In this document: positions 38,980-48,527 of the stretch, piece by piece
Layout: each line of letters opens with the position of its first letter
Numbering within the stretch: the stretch's first letter is position 1
Source: an uncultured Enterobacteriaceae bacterium
Lineage (GTDB): Bacteria > Pseudomonadota > Gammaproteobacteria > Ga0077536
DNA: 64,000 nucleotides
NCBI GenBank assembly: GCA_964523765.1
Contig: CAZFZX010000001.1
Span: forward strand, 28,332-92,331
Direction: 5' to 3'
The notes under the pieces: generated by a model
Seen by the model: only the letters and a program-made list of their open reading frames with translations
Database searches by the model: none
Told to the model about the DNA's origin: nothing
Made by a program: the position numbers and the translations under genes

Positions 38980-39927
38980 ATGTCCGTCTACACCGACATC
39001 AGTGTTTCAGAACTTGACGGTTTCCTGCGTCGCTACTCCGTAGGCGCCCTGCGCGACTATGCGGAGATCACCGACGGGATCGAAAATACGAACTATTTTG
39101 TCACGACCGACGCGGGGCGGTTCGTCCTCACGCTTTTCGAGTCGACAACGGCGGAAGCACTTCCATATTGTCTGAGCCTGATGGCGTTCCTGGCCGAACG
39201 GGCCGTTCCATGCGCGCACCCGGTCGCGGACCGTGAGGGCCGATACCTGCAGGATTTCAAAGACAAGCCGGCCGCGCTGGTGCAGCGTCTGAACGGGGTC
39301 AGCGTCAAGCAACCGGACCGCGAACATTGCCGTATCCTTGGAGCCACAATCGGACGCATGCATCAGATCGCACAGGCCTACAGCGGGTCTCGCGAAAACG
39401 AACGCGGTGCCGTCTGGCGGGAGGCCACCGCGGCGCTGATTCGCGACCAATTGGGTCCGGAAGATAGGGCGACGCTCGATACCGAGATCGCATTTCAGCG
39501 GAACTTCAATTCGGGCATCCTGCCCCATGGCGTGATCCACGCGGATCTGTTTCGCGACAATGCTTTGTTCCAAGGTCACGCCTTGACCGGTTTAATCGAC
39601 TTGTATTACAGCCATACCGGACCGCTCATCTACGATTTGGCGGTCGCGGTGAGCGACTGGTGTTTCGGCGACGCGGGCCGCTTCGATACGACGGCTGCCC
39701 GCGCTATGGTCCAGGGATACACCCTCGAACGCCCGCTCGGTGTTGTCGAACGAGAGGCGTGGTTGGCGTGCCTGAGGGCCGCGGGCCTGCGCTTTTGGCT
39801 GTCGCGGCTGAAAGATCAGCAATTCCCGCGTGGCGGTGCGATCACGCATATCAAAGACCCGGAACCGTTCAAGGCGGTGATCGAAGCCTGCCACAGCAAC
39901 CCGAGTCAACTCGCTTCAATTTGGTGA
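38980..39927 (+). CDS. thrB: homoserine kinase, ThrB type II (aminoglycoside phosphotransferase fold)
   Basis: TDGIENTNYFVTTDAGRFVLTLFE and HADLFRDN (APH-like catalytic motif). GGGAG SD before the ATG. Confidence 0.85.
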   Translation: MSVYTDISVSELDGFLRRYSVGALRDYAEITDGIENTNYFVTTDAGRFVLTLFESTTAEALPYCLSLMAFLAERAVPCAHPVADREGRYLQDFKDKPAALVQRLNGVSVKQPDREHCRILGATIGRMHQIAQAYSGSRENERGAVWREATAALIRDQLGPEDRATLDTEIAFQRNFNSGILPHGVIHADLFRDNALFQGHALTGLIDLYYSHTGPLIYDLAVAVSDWCFGDAGRFDTTAARAMVQGYTLERPLGVVEREAWLACLRAAGLRFWLSRLKDQQFPRGGAITHIKDPEPFKAVIEACHSNPSQLASIW

Positions 39928-39959
39928 GAAATCCCGGCTAACGGGCTGGCAGGAAAAAA

Positions 39960-39985
39960 AAGGCCCTCTTGAAAGAGGGCCTTTT
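39960..39985. terminator. bidirectional rho-independent terminator between convergent thrB and the ompA-family gene
   Basis: AAAAAAAAGGCCCTCTTGAAAGAGGGCCTTTT: a 9-bp GC-rich stem with a 2-4 nt loop, flanked by an A-run on one side and a T-run on the other. Confidence 0.8.
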
Positions 39986-40010
39986 AAAGCTTCGTTTGGT
40001 TAACGTCGAG

Positions 40011-40745
40011 TTAGTTGTCTGTGACGACCAGATCTACCCTTCGGTTCTTGTACATGTTTTCGGCCGTGTCGTTCGGCGCCACCGGCGCGCTCTCGCCATA
40101 GCCGATGGCCGACAACCGATCGGGATCGATACCGTTGGCCGACAGATAAGCCGCGACAGCCTCCGCGCGACGCTGCGACAACTTCTGGTTATGGGCGTCG
40201 GAACCGCGGCTATCCGTATGTCCTTCAACACGAACGTGGACGCTCACATTATCGCTCAGAACCTTCACGGCGTTGTTTAAGATCCCTTCGGATTCAGCCT
40301 TGATCGTTGCCTTGTTGGTGTCGAAGTTTACGCCTTCCAGGCTCAAAATCGTCTCGCCAACTTCGGGGCATCCGACTGCGTTGACTTTGACTCCGGCCGG
40401 CGTCCCCGGGCATTCGTCGTTGGGGTCGATAACGCCGTCACCGTCGCTGTCTTTCGGTGGCTGGGGCTTCTTTGGCTTGGGCGCAGGCTTACGCGGCGCT
40501 GGAGGAGGCGCTGGCTCTTCTTCTCGACACAGGAACCAGGCGAGACCGGCTCCGAGCGCGGCACCCCCGGCGATGGCGCCGTCGTTGTCGTCACCGTTGA
40601 ACGCTCCGGCGGCAATTGCGCCGCCCGCAACCGCGCCCAAGATCGGACAAATAACTTCGCCGGGTTTGACATCTTGATTGGCGCAACCGGCCGCCAGGAC
40701 GGCGCTCAGCAGCACGGCTAAAATTCTTGCTATTCTGTTCATCAT
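40011..40745 (-). CDS. OmpA-family lipoprotein (Gly-rich segment, Pro-rich linker, DxDGDG calcium-binding-like motif, C-terminal OmpA peptidoglycan-binding domain)
   Basis: Lipobox LAAGCA. The OmpA_C domain carries TDSRGSDAHNQKLSQRRAEAV and NRRVDL motifs. Start at the ATGATG at 40745, preceded by GGGGA; the track ORF extends to 40907. Confidence 0.8.
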   Translation of the reverse strand: MMNRIARILAVLLSAVLAAGCANQDVKPGEVICPILGAVAGGAIAAGAFNGDDNDGAIAGGAALGAGLAWFLCREEEPAPPPAPRKPAPKPKKPQPPKDSDGDGVIDPNDECPGTPAGVKVNAVGCPEVGETILSLEGVNFDTNKATIKAESEGILNNAVKVLSDNVSVHVRVEGHTDSRGSDAHNQKLSQRRAEAVAAYLSANGIDPDRLSAIGYGESAPVAPNDTAENMYKNRRVDLVVTDN

Positions 40746-40884
40746 CGATTCCCCGATTAAAACAACACGAGACAACGCCCCCGATTGTTGCCCAAAAACA
40801 ACAAAAACGGACGTAATGCGTAGCATAGCACAGAATGCTCGCGAAAATGTAATGCGCGATTGGCGGCAATAACGCCACATTGCG

Positions 40885-42243
40885 TTACAGCAGAACCACA
40901 GTCGCAAGGCCGAGAAAAGCGAAGAAGCCGACGACGTCCGTTACCGTGGTGAGGACGACCCCGCCGGCCAGAGCCGGGTCGACGTTGATACGGCAAAGTA
41001 CCAGCGGGATCACGGCGCCCGAGAACGCAGCGACAACGAGATTGATGATGATAGCGGCGCCGATGACCACACCGAGCCAGACGTCGCCGAACCACAACCC
41101 TGCGATCACGGCGACGACGACCGCCCACAAAATGCCGTTTAGCGTGCCGATGGCGAGCTCCCGATAAAGCAGCAGCCGGGCATTGGCCGATCCGATCTGC
41201 CCGAGCGCGAGACCGCGGATAACGATCGTCAAAGTTTGACTACCCGCTACGCCGCCCATGCTGGCGACCACCGGCATCAGGATCGCGAGCGCGACGAGCT
41301 GCTCGATCGTGCCTTCGAAACGCCCAATGACCCACGCCGCTAGAAACGCGGTCCCCAAATTTATGGCGAGCCACGTCGACCGACGTCGGGTCGAATCAAC
41401 CACCGGCGCAAAGATATCTTCTTCTTCGTTCAAGCCGGCTGCCGACATGAACGAATGCGCGCTCTGTTCGCGAATGACGTCGACGACGTCATCAACGGTG
41501 ATCCGGCCAAGCAGGGAACCATCACCGTCGACAACCGCCGCCGAGAGCAGATCCCGCTGTTCGAACAGCAAGGCGACGCTCGCGGCGTCGGTATTTGCAG
41601 GAATACCGTCGGCATCGATTCGCATCAGATCACCGATATAGGCGTCAGGAAAAGCGGAAACCAATACCGCCAACGGGACCACGCCCAAATAGGTATTGCC
41701 GCGGTCGACAACCATCAAGCTATCGGTTTTTTCCGGGACCGCACCGAGTCGCCTCAAATAACGCAGGACAACCTCCACGTCGACGTCAGCCCGGACCGTT
41801 ACGACGTCGACATTCATCAGGCCGCCCGCTGTGTCTTCCGGATAGGAAAGTATCGACGCGATACGAACTCGATTCTGTTCGTCCATCGAGCGCAGCACTT
41901 CGTCTGCGCGAGACCCGGGTAGATCCTGGAGAATATCCGCCGCGTCGTCGGTATCGAGCGAGGCGGTCGCCGCCGCCACCTCGTGTGATTCCATGTTTTC
42001 GAGCAAAGCGGCGCGTACCATGTCGTTAGCCTCGGCAAGGACATCGCCCTCGACTTCGGCTTCGACGTGGACCCACAGTTCATCCCGAATCTCGCTGGGA
42101 AGCGATTCGAGCAAATCGGCTACTTCGGACGGGTGGAGACTCGCTAAAGCTTCACGAACGGCGAACAGATCATTCGCCTCGAGCGCTTCCTGGATGGAAA
42201 GCACCAATTCTTGATTACGACTGTTCTCTTCGGCGTAGCTCAT
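40885..42243 (-). CDS. mgtE: magnesium transporter MgtE (N-domain, tandem CBS, C-terminal TM domain)
   Basis: 452 aa with CBS pair and a C-terminal 5-TM domain carrying the conserved PxxxGxxxxxxxD-like segments. Confidence 0.9.
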   Translation of the reverse strand: MSYAEENSRNQELVLSIQEALEANDLFAVREALASLHPSEVADLLESLPSEIRDELWVHVEAEVEGDVLAEANDMVRAALLENMESHEVAAATASLDTDDAADILQDLPGSRADEVLRSMDEQNRVRIASILSYPEDTAGGLMNVDVVTVRADVDVEVVLRYLRRLGAVPEKTDSLMVVDRGNTYLGVVPLAVLVSAFPDAYIGDLMRIDADGIPANTDAASVALLFEQRDLLSAAVVDGDGSLLGRITVDDVVDVIREQSAHSFMSAAGLNEEEDIFAPVVDSTRRRSTWLAINLGTAFLAAWVIGRFEGTIEQLVALAILMPVVASMGGVAGSQTLTIVIRGLALGQIGSANARLLLYRELAIGTLNGILWAVVVAVIAGLWFGDVWLGVVIGAAIIINLVVAAFSGAVIPLVLCRINVDPALAGGVVLTTVTDVVGFFAFLGLATVVLL

Positions 42244-42704
42244 GTTGGAACCTTGGATACTACTTTCGAGGTGTCGATGGGCGATCTCGCCGCCAAAGGA
42301 ACTGTCCAGCCACGTGACAAGACGCCGATCCTCCCTGCCTCACATTGTTCGCACCCCATAAGGGCCTCGACATTGCGCGGGTCGACGCGTAGCCACGCTC
42401 GGTCCAGATGACGGCTATGGTATGCGGGCGATCCGGCCCGAAGAGTGTAGCAAAATTGCCATTGCCGCGGCTGCGCTAACGCGATTGTCGGGCGTAGTCA
42501 CCAGAAGCGGTCTCCAAATTATCCACGACGGCGCCGGGAGTCGTTTTTTCGCGATTCAAGGCGACACCGCCATGGTTGACCGGGTGTCAATGAGTGACGA
42601 ACAACGCCCTGGTGCAAAAAATGGCCCAGGGCCGCATGGGTTGTGCCCCCGGACAATTGTGGACGGCAACTCGACTGTCCCCGAATGAATCAGAGGTTCC
42701 CTAA
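42244..42704. repeat. copy C: long or composite, diverged member filling the ptsI-mgtE spacer
   Basis: Clear right terminus CGACTGTCCCCGAATGAATCAGAGGTTCCCTAA (42672-42704), whose CTA is the ptsI stop codon. TIR-like left end GTTGGAACCTTGGAT...GGTGTCG directly abuts the mgtE start codon. An internal segment CGATTCAAGGCGACACCGCCATGGTTGACC matches the element core GCGCAAGGCGACATTCCATGAATTGATC. Confidence 0.55.
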
Positions 42705-44428
42705 ACGAGTTCGGCGATCACTGTTTTGAATTCCTCGGGATCGGAAACACCCAACAATCGCCGCGCCGGCTCCGCCAGGTCCGCAGCCCGACTTTCTTTG
42801 ACGATGCCTTTGACTTCCAGTAGTAGCGATGGATGGACGCTAAATTGGCGCAATCCCAAACCCAAAAGCAACCTTGTGTAGCGAACATCGCCGGCCATCT
42901 CGCCGCACATAGCCACTGGGATCGCCGCCGCCTCGCCGGCGTCGATAGTAGTGGCAATTAGCCTCAATACCGCCGGATTGAGCGGATCGTACAAATAATT
43001 AACCGCATCGTTCACTCGATCGATTGCCATGGTGTACTGAATCAAATCGTTGGTCCCAATGGAGAAAAAATCCAAATAGCGCGCGAACGAATCGGCACAA
43101 ACCGCGGCGGCCGGGACTTCGATCATGCCCCCTATCGGCATAGTCGAGTCGAAAGCTATTTCGCGGCGTTCGAATTCGTTTTGTACGGTACGGATGTTTG
43201 CGACCACCTGCCGCGCTTCGTCCAGAGTCGAAAGCATCGGGATCATCAATCTCACCGGCCCAAGTGCAGAAGCCCTGATGATCGCCCGCAACTGGGGCCA
43301 ATAGAGGTTCGGCTCATTCAAAGACAAACGAATTGCCCGCAATCCCAGTGCCGGATTCGCGGGGAGCGGTCCAGCGCCGCCTTCAAAGTCCTTATCCGAT
43401 CCGAGATCGAGTGTCCGGATGGTCACCGGCATGCCGTCGAGCGCTTCGATCAACTCGCGGTAAGTCTGGAAATGCTCGTCCTCGTCCGGTTCGTCGTTCC
43501 TATTCATATACAGGAACTCTGTACGGTACAAACCGACGCCCGAGGCGCCGACATTTCGCGCGGCTTCAAAATCACCTGGGAGCTCGACATTAGCCAGGAG
43601 TTCCACGTGCTGGCCGTCCAATGTTACGGCCGCCGCGCCGCGCAATCGATCGAGGCTTTCGCGGTGACGCTGGTGTACTACCTGCTGCTCCCGGTAGTAC
43701 GATAGCGTTACGTCGTCCGGATTCCCAACCACGACGCCGTCGTTGGCATCGATCACCAGTAATTCGTTTTCGCTAACGTAGCGGCGGATCCCATGGGCTC
43801 CGACGATGCCCGGAATGCCGAGGCTGCGCGCCAGGATCGACATATGGGAAGTCGGTCCGCCATAGTCGGTAACGAAAGCGATGACACCATTACGTCGCAT
43901 GAGAACGGTATCGGCCGGCGCGAGGTCATCGGCGAGAACCACCATACCTTCGAGACGATCGCCCGGGAGCTCGTGCTTGAGCGGTGCATGATTGAGCAGG
44001 ATCCGCTGGATCCGCGCGACAACGTGATCGACATCGTCTTTGCGGGTACGCAGGTAAGCATCGTTCATTTCGTCGAACGCTTTTACCAGAGCGTTACGTT
44101 GCAGTTTGAGCGCCCATTCAGCGTTACAGTTCAGTTTCCTAATTAGCCGCTCCGCGTCAAACGTAAGCGCAGAGTCTTCGAGCATCAATAAATGGGTGTC
44201 TATAAACGCGGCTATGTCGGCGATCGTCGTCGTCGGGATATGCGCACGTACCGCCCGAAGATCGGTTTTCGCCTGCTGAACGGCATCTCTCAAGCGTGCG
44301 ATTTCCTCAACGATCGCTTCGCCGGGAATATGATATTTGTCTATTTCGAGGTCGGCGCGGTCGATAATATGCGCCCGACCGATCGCGATACCGTGCGAGA
44401 CGCCGACACCGTGGACGGTAAAGGTCAC
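42701..44428 (-). CDS. ptsI: phosphoenolpyruvate--protein phosphotransferase (PTS enzyme I, short form without GAF domain)
   Basis: 575 aa with the GGPTSHMSILARSLGIP phospho-His motif and a C-terminal PEP-utilizing domain. Stop overlaps the HPr gene start region. Confidence 0.9.
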   Translation of the reverse strand: MTFTVHGVGVSHGIAIGRAHIIDRADLEIDKYHIPGEAIVEEIARLRDAVQQAKTDLRAVRAHIPTTTIADIAAFIDTHLLMLEDSALTFDAERLIRKLNCNAEWALKLQRNALVKAFDEMNDAYLRTRKDDVDHVVARIQRILLNHAPLKHELPGDRLEGMVVLADDLAPADTVLMRRNGVIAFVTDYGGPTSHMSILARSLGIPGIVGAHGIRRYVSENELLVIDANDGVVVGNPDDVTLSYYREQQVVHQRHRESLDRLRGAAAVTLDGQHVELLANVELPGDFEAARNVGASGVGLYRTEFLYMNRNDEPDEDEHFQTYRELIEALDGMPVTIRTLDLGSDKDFEGGAGPLPANPALGLRAIRLSLNEPNLYWPQLRAIIRASALGPVRLMIPMLSTLDEARQVVANIRTVQNEFERREIAFDSTMPIGGMIEVPAAAVCADSFARYLDFFSIGTNDLIQYTMAIDRVNDAVNYLYDPLNPAVLRLIATTIDAGEAAAIPVAMCGEMAGDVRYTRLLLGLGLRQFSVHPSLLLEVKGIVKESRAADLAEPARRLLGVSDPEEFKTVIAELV

Positions 44429-44694
44429 TATTTTTCGCCGAATCCGTCGGCAACGAGCGTTACCAGGGCATCGAGCGCGGCTTCCTCGTCGGTACCATCG
44501 GTCGAAATCTCGATGATCACACCTTGCGCTGCGGCAAGCATCATAACGCCCATTATGCTTTTCCCGTTTATCTTTTTATCGCCCCGCGATACCTCTATCT
44601 GGCACGGGAACTGGCCGGCCGTTTGCACGAATTTGGCCGCCGCCCGCGCGTGCAGACCGAGCCGATTTACGATGGCGATTTCGCTTGTCTGCAT
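44428..44694 (-). CDS. HPr/NPr phosphocarrier protein
   Basis: 88 aa with the GLHARAA His-15 phosphorylation motif; lies between the rapZ and EI genes. Confidence 0.9.
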   Translation of the reverse strand: MQTSEIAIVNRLGLHARAAAKFVQTAGQFPCQIEVSRGDKKINGKSIMGVMMLAAAQGVIIEISTDGTDEEAALDALVTLVADGFGEK

Positions 44695-44829
44695 AGCATA
44701 TATGCTAATCGAGGATCAACGCCGAGAGAAATCGCCCGACCATCGACGCCGCGGCAGATTCCGCTAGCAGCGGTCGCGGTTCTTTGCCGAAATCTCTGAT
44801 CGTTAGGCACCGCCCGGGTTTGCCGGGGG

Positions 44830-45690
44830 TCAACTGTTGCGGTGGACGACCATTATCCGACGTCCCGTTTCGAAATGGGCCGCCACCCGCTCGGCTACGT
44901 ACACCGAACGATGCCGCCCGCCGGTGCAACCCATCGCGATGGTCAGGTAGCTACGATTGTCCGCTTCAAAGGCCGGGATCCAGCGCTCAAGGAAGGCGAC
45001 GATATCGCTTACCATCGTGCCTACTGTCGGTTCCGCCCGAAGAAAGTCCTGGATCGCCTGGTCTCGGCCGGATAATTCTCGCAGAGCCGGGTCCCAGTAC
45101 GGATTCGGTAAACAACGGAGATCGAACACGAAATCGGCGTCCGGCGGTACGCCATTTTTGTATCCGAACGAAGAGACCTGAAGGGACAAGGCGTCGGTCG
45201 ATCGGTGCGCTACGCGGTTTGCGATGAGCGCACGGAATTCGTGGACGTTGGTATGGGTCGTGTCGATGCGGAGATCGGCACGATCGGATAACGTCTCCAT
45301 CACGAAACGTTCTTGAGCAATCGCCTGACCTAATGGCTGCTCGCTGGACGATAATGGGTGCCTGCGTCTCGTTTCACTGAACCTATTGATCAAAGTTTGG
45401 TCGCTCGCTTCGATGTATATCAATTCGACATCGAACGCCATTTCGGACAGCGCCTCCAGAAACCCGGGAAACCGCGACAAATCAGCGGCCGGATTCCGAG
45501 CGTCGACCCCGACGGCGACTTGCGGATAACGTGGGACGTCGTCTTTTTCAACGAACTCGGCGAAGTTCATGAGCAACCCGGCGGGTAGATTATCGACGCA
45601 ATAGAAGCTAGCGTCCTCCAAGGCATGCAGCGCGATGGACTTACCCGCTCCCGATAATCCAGTAACGATAATAAAACGACGGCGGTTCAT
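44830..45690 (-). CDS. rapZ: RNase adapter protein RapZ
   Basis: IVTGLSGAGKSIALHALEDASFYCVDNLP Walker A N-terminus and conserved position in the rpoN cluster. Confidence 0.9.
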   Translation of the reverse strand: MNRRRFIIVTGLSGAGKSIALHALEDASFYCVDNLPAGLLMNFAEFVEKDDVPRYPQVAVGVDARNPAADLSRFPGFLEALSEMAFDVELIYIEASDQTLINRFSETRRRHPLSSSEQPLGQAIAQERFVMETLSDRADLRIDTTHTNVHEFRALIANRVAHRSTDALSLQVSSFGYKNGVPPDADFVFDLRCLPNPYWDPALRELSGRDQAIQDFLRAEPTVGTMVSDIVAFLERWIPAFEADNRSYLTIAMGCTGGRHRSVYVAERVAAHFETGRRIMVVHRNS

Positions 45691-46148
45691 ACGTTCGCCG
45701 GGGTCTCGGCGAGTAACGAGTGGATTTTCTGGGTCGACGTCAATTCGCGCAATTTACCGACCAGCGATTCGTCGGCGAGCGATTCGGCGAGATTCGCCAA
45801 CATCGCTAAATGTTCATCGTTAGTGTTCTTGGGTACGAAAAGCGCGAAGAACAAGTCCACGGCTTCGCCGTCGATTGCGTCGAAGTCCAATGCGGTTTCG
45901 GTCCTCAAAAACGCGCCCATCATCGCCGATAGGTGGTCGATACGTCCGTGCGGAATCGCTATTCCCCTACCGAGACCGGTACTTCCCAGTCGTTCACGTA
46001 CGACCAGCCCATCGAATGCCTGGGCGGCCGTCAACTCGAGCGTATCGGCTGCCGCGAGCCTGGCTAAATGCTCCAATACTGCCTTTTTGCTATTGGCCTG
46101 AACGCCGATCGCGATACGCGCCGGCGTCAATATATCGGCTATCTTCAC
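45687..46148 (-). CDS. ptsN: PTS IIA-Ntr
   Basis: 153 aa EIIA(Fru/Ntr) fold with GIAIPHG His motif; overlaps rapZ by 4 bp. Confidence 0.9.
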   Translation of the reverse strand: MKIADILTPARIAIGVQANSKKAVLEHLARLAAADTLELTAAQAFDGLVVRERLGSTGLGRGIAIPHGRIDHLSAMMGAFLRTETALDFDAIDGEAVDLFFALFVPKNTNDEHLAMLANLAESLADESLVGKLRELTSTQKIHSLLAETPANV

Positions 46149-46163
46149 ATCGCCCGCCCGTTT

Positions 46164-46493
46164 CTAGTCGCCTCCTTGTTGCTGTTTCATACCACCGTGT
46201 CGTTTGTGATGGTCGGTGACCTTTTCCTTGTGCTTGCGTACCTGCCGGTCTAGCTTATCGATCATAGCGTCGATCGCCGCGTACATGTCCTCATGTTCGC
46301 TCGCCGCATGAATTCTGCTCCCACTGATTTGCAGGGTCGTTTCCGCCTTATGTCTTTGCTTCTCTACGTCCAAAACGACGTGTGCGTCGATTACTTGATC
46401 AAAATGCCGTTTCACCCGCACCATCTTGGTGTTGATGTACTCTTTCAACGATTCCGAAATTTCGACGTGATGTCCGGATATACTGAGTCGCAT
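46164..46493 (-). CDS. hpf: ribosome hibernation promoting factor (sigma-54 modulation protein)
   Basis: MRLSISGHHVEISESLKEY aligns with HPF N-termini. GGAGG SD lies 5 nt before the ATG at 46493; the track ORF extends to 46565. Confidence 0.9.
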   Translation of the reverse strand: MRLSISGHHVEISESLKEYINTKMVRVKRHFDQVIDAHVVLDVEKQRHKAETTLQISGSRIHAASEHEDMYAAIDAMIDKLDRQVRKHKEKVTDHHKRHGGMKQQQGGD

Positions 46494-46625
46494 TGCAGCC
46501 TCCGCTACTGATTTTGAAGCGGTCGAAACTACTCGCGCCGCTCCTGGATCCAAATTATAGGGCATCTCTATTAAAAGCTATCTAATGGCCCGGAATCGTA
46601 CTGATGCGACGCGGCAAATATACGA

Positions 46626-46796
46626 ATTAGGGGTTTCTTATTCACTCTGGGACGGTCGGGTTGCCGGCTAAAATTGTTCAGGTCAAAGCGCGGCGCGCAG
46701 GTAATAGCCCCAGGACTATTGGCAAGCGCCGCAACGCAGACCGGGCGATTTTAGGCGCAAGGCGAGCTTCCATGAATTGATCAGAGGTTCCTTAGG
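46626..46796. repeat. copy B of the same TIR-bounded element (rpoN-hpf spacer)
   Basis: Aligns end to end with copy A, with a ~19-bp internal insertion. Right terminus ...CCATGAATTGATCAGAGGTTCCTTAGG. Confidence 0.8.
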
Positions 46797-46834
46797 TCAC
46801 TCGGAGCCTGTAAACGGTTAAGCGAAGGCGAAAG

Positions 46835-48325
46835 TCAACGGAGTTGCTTGCGCTCGTTCGAGGGCGGGATCCGCATCGCTTCCCGATACTTGGCAACGGT
46901 CCTGCGAGCCACCTTCACGCCCTGATCGGACAACAACGTCGCTATCTTATTGTCGCTTAGCGGTTTCTGCGTATTCTCGGCCGAAATGAGTTTCTTAATG
47001 ACCGCCCGGATCGCGGTGGAAGATGCTTCGCCACCGAGGGTCGTGCCGACGTGACTGGAGAAGAAGTATTTGAGTTCGTAAAGGCCGCGGGGTGAGTGCA
47101 TGTACTTGCGTGTGGTGACGCGCGAAATAGTCGATTCATGCATACCCAGTACTTCCGCGATATCGTGCAGTACCAAAGGCTTCATTGCTTCTTCGCCGTG
47201 TTCCAAGAACGCCTGCTGCCGTTCTACAATCGCCGTGGCAACCCGCAGTAGCGTTTCGCTACGGCTTTGCAAGCTCTTGATAAACCATTTTGCTTCCTGC
47301 AGATGAGACTTCAAGGAACTGTTGTCCGGACTGTTGTCTGCGCGTCGGACCATGCTAGCGTAGTAGGGATTCACCCTGATTTGGGGTACCGAGTCCGAAT
47401 TCAGCTCGACTTTCCAGCGGCCCTTCTCCTTACGTACGTACACGTCGGGAATAACGTACTCCGGGGGTTTCCCGTTGAACGGGGATCCGGGACGAGGATT
47501 CATGGATTGAATCAAGTCGAGAATGAGCCGTAACTCGTCCTGCGATACTTTTAACCGCCGCATCACCTGAGAGTAGTCGCGTGACCCCAACACCTCCAGG
47601 TGGTCGGCGCAGACCAGTTTCGCCTCTTTCAGCCACAACGTCGAAGAATCAAGCTGTCCGAGCTGCAGCAACAGACATTCGCCCAGATCGCGCGCTGCGA
47701 CCCCGGACGGGTCGAGACCCTGCACCTGCTTTAGGACGGCGGCCGCTTCGTCCTCTTCTATTTGCGTTTCATCCTGCTCGTTGACGGTTTCGCACACGGC
47801 GTCCAAATCAGATTCCAGATATCCGTCATCGTTAAGCATGTCGATAATCGCGAAAGCGATCGCCCGATCGGATTCGGTCAATGACAGCAAATTCAGTTGC
47901 CACAAGAGGTGATCACGCAACGTTTCTTCGGCGCTACGAACGTTTTCAAATTCGGTCTGAATGCCGCTACCCGTACCGATGCCCTGGCCGGTGCCTGGAG
48001 GCGCAGCGCTATCGTAGATTTCGTCCCAGTCGGTATCGACCGGCAGATCTTGGGGGATATCCTCAGTAGTGCTTTCGACGACGTCGCTTTCGCCGCCCTC
48101 ATCAGCAAATTCCGCTTCCTCTTTCTCGGGCGAGGTTTCTTCGGCCTGTTCGCCGTCCGGACTTGCGCTATCCTCGTCCAGCTCCAGCATCATGTTCGAG
48201 TCCAGCGCGTCCTGCACTTCCACGCCCAATTCAAGCGATGACAATTGCAGCAGCCTTATCGCCTGCTGCAATTGGGGTGTCATCGTCAGGTGCTGTCCTA
48301 ACTTGAGCTGGATGGACTGCTTCAT
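46835..48325 (-). CDS. rpoN: RNA polymerase sigma-54 factor
   Basis: N-terminal Gln/Leu-rich region I, acidic region, C-terminal HTH and RpoN box (ARRTVAKYRE). Confidence 0.95.
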   Translation of the reverse strand: MKQSIQLKLGQHLTMTPQLQQAIRLLQLSSLELGVEVQDALDSNMMLELDEDSASPDGEQAEETSPEKEEAEFADEGGESDVVESTTEDIPQDLPVDTDWDEIYDSAAPPGTGQGIGTGSGIQTEFENVRSAEETLRDHLLWQLNLLSLTESDRAIAFAIIDMLNDDGYLESDLDAVCETVNEQDETQIEEDEAAAVLKQVQGLDPSGVAARDLGECLLLQLGQLDSSTLWLKEAKLVCADHLEVLGSRDYSQVMRRLKVSQDELRLILDLIQSMNPRPGSPFNGKPPEYVIPDVYVRKEKGRWKVELNSDSVPQIRVNPYYASMVRRADNSPDNSSLKSHLQEAKWFIKSLQSRSETLLRVATAIVERQQAFLEHGEEAMKPLVLHDIAEVLGMHESTISRVTTRKYMHSPRGLYELKYFFSSHVGTTLGGEASSTAIRAVIKKLISAENTQKPLSDNKIATLLSDQGVKVARRTVAKYREAMRIPPSNERKQLR

Positions 48326-48527
48326 AGTAAATACTTAATCGGCCGGTTGAGCCTTATCTTTTGCCCGAATTGGTCAAGTATCCTTCAAACCAGGAGCTTA
48401 TAGTTTAACTCATAATCCACCGGCAACACCGGGCAATGATTAAATATTGTTAGACTCGACACACGGCAGGATTCGGAACATTAGTTGGCGGGGGAGAAAG
48501 AAGCAAAGCCGGCAGCCCTGTAATGAT

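Noticed and set aside
42422-42688. 88-aa ORF upstream of ptsI stop
   Set aside because: It lies entirely inside repeat copy C and has no SD.
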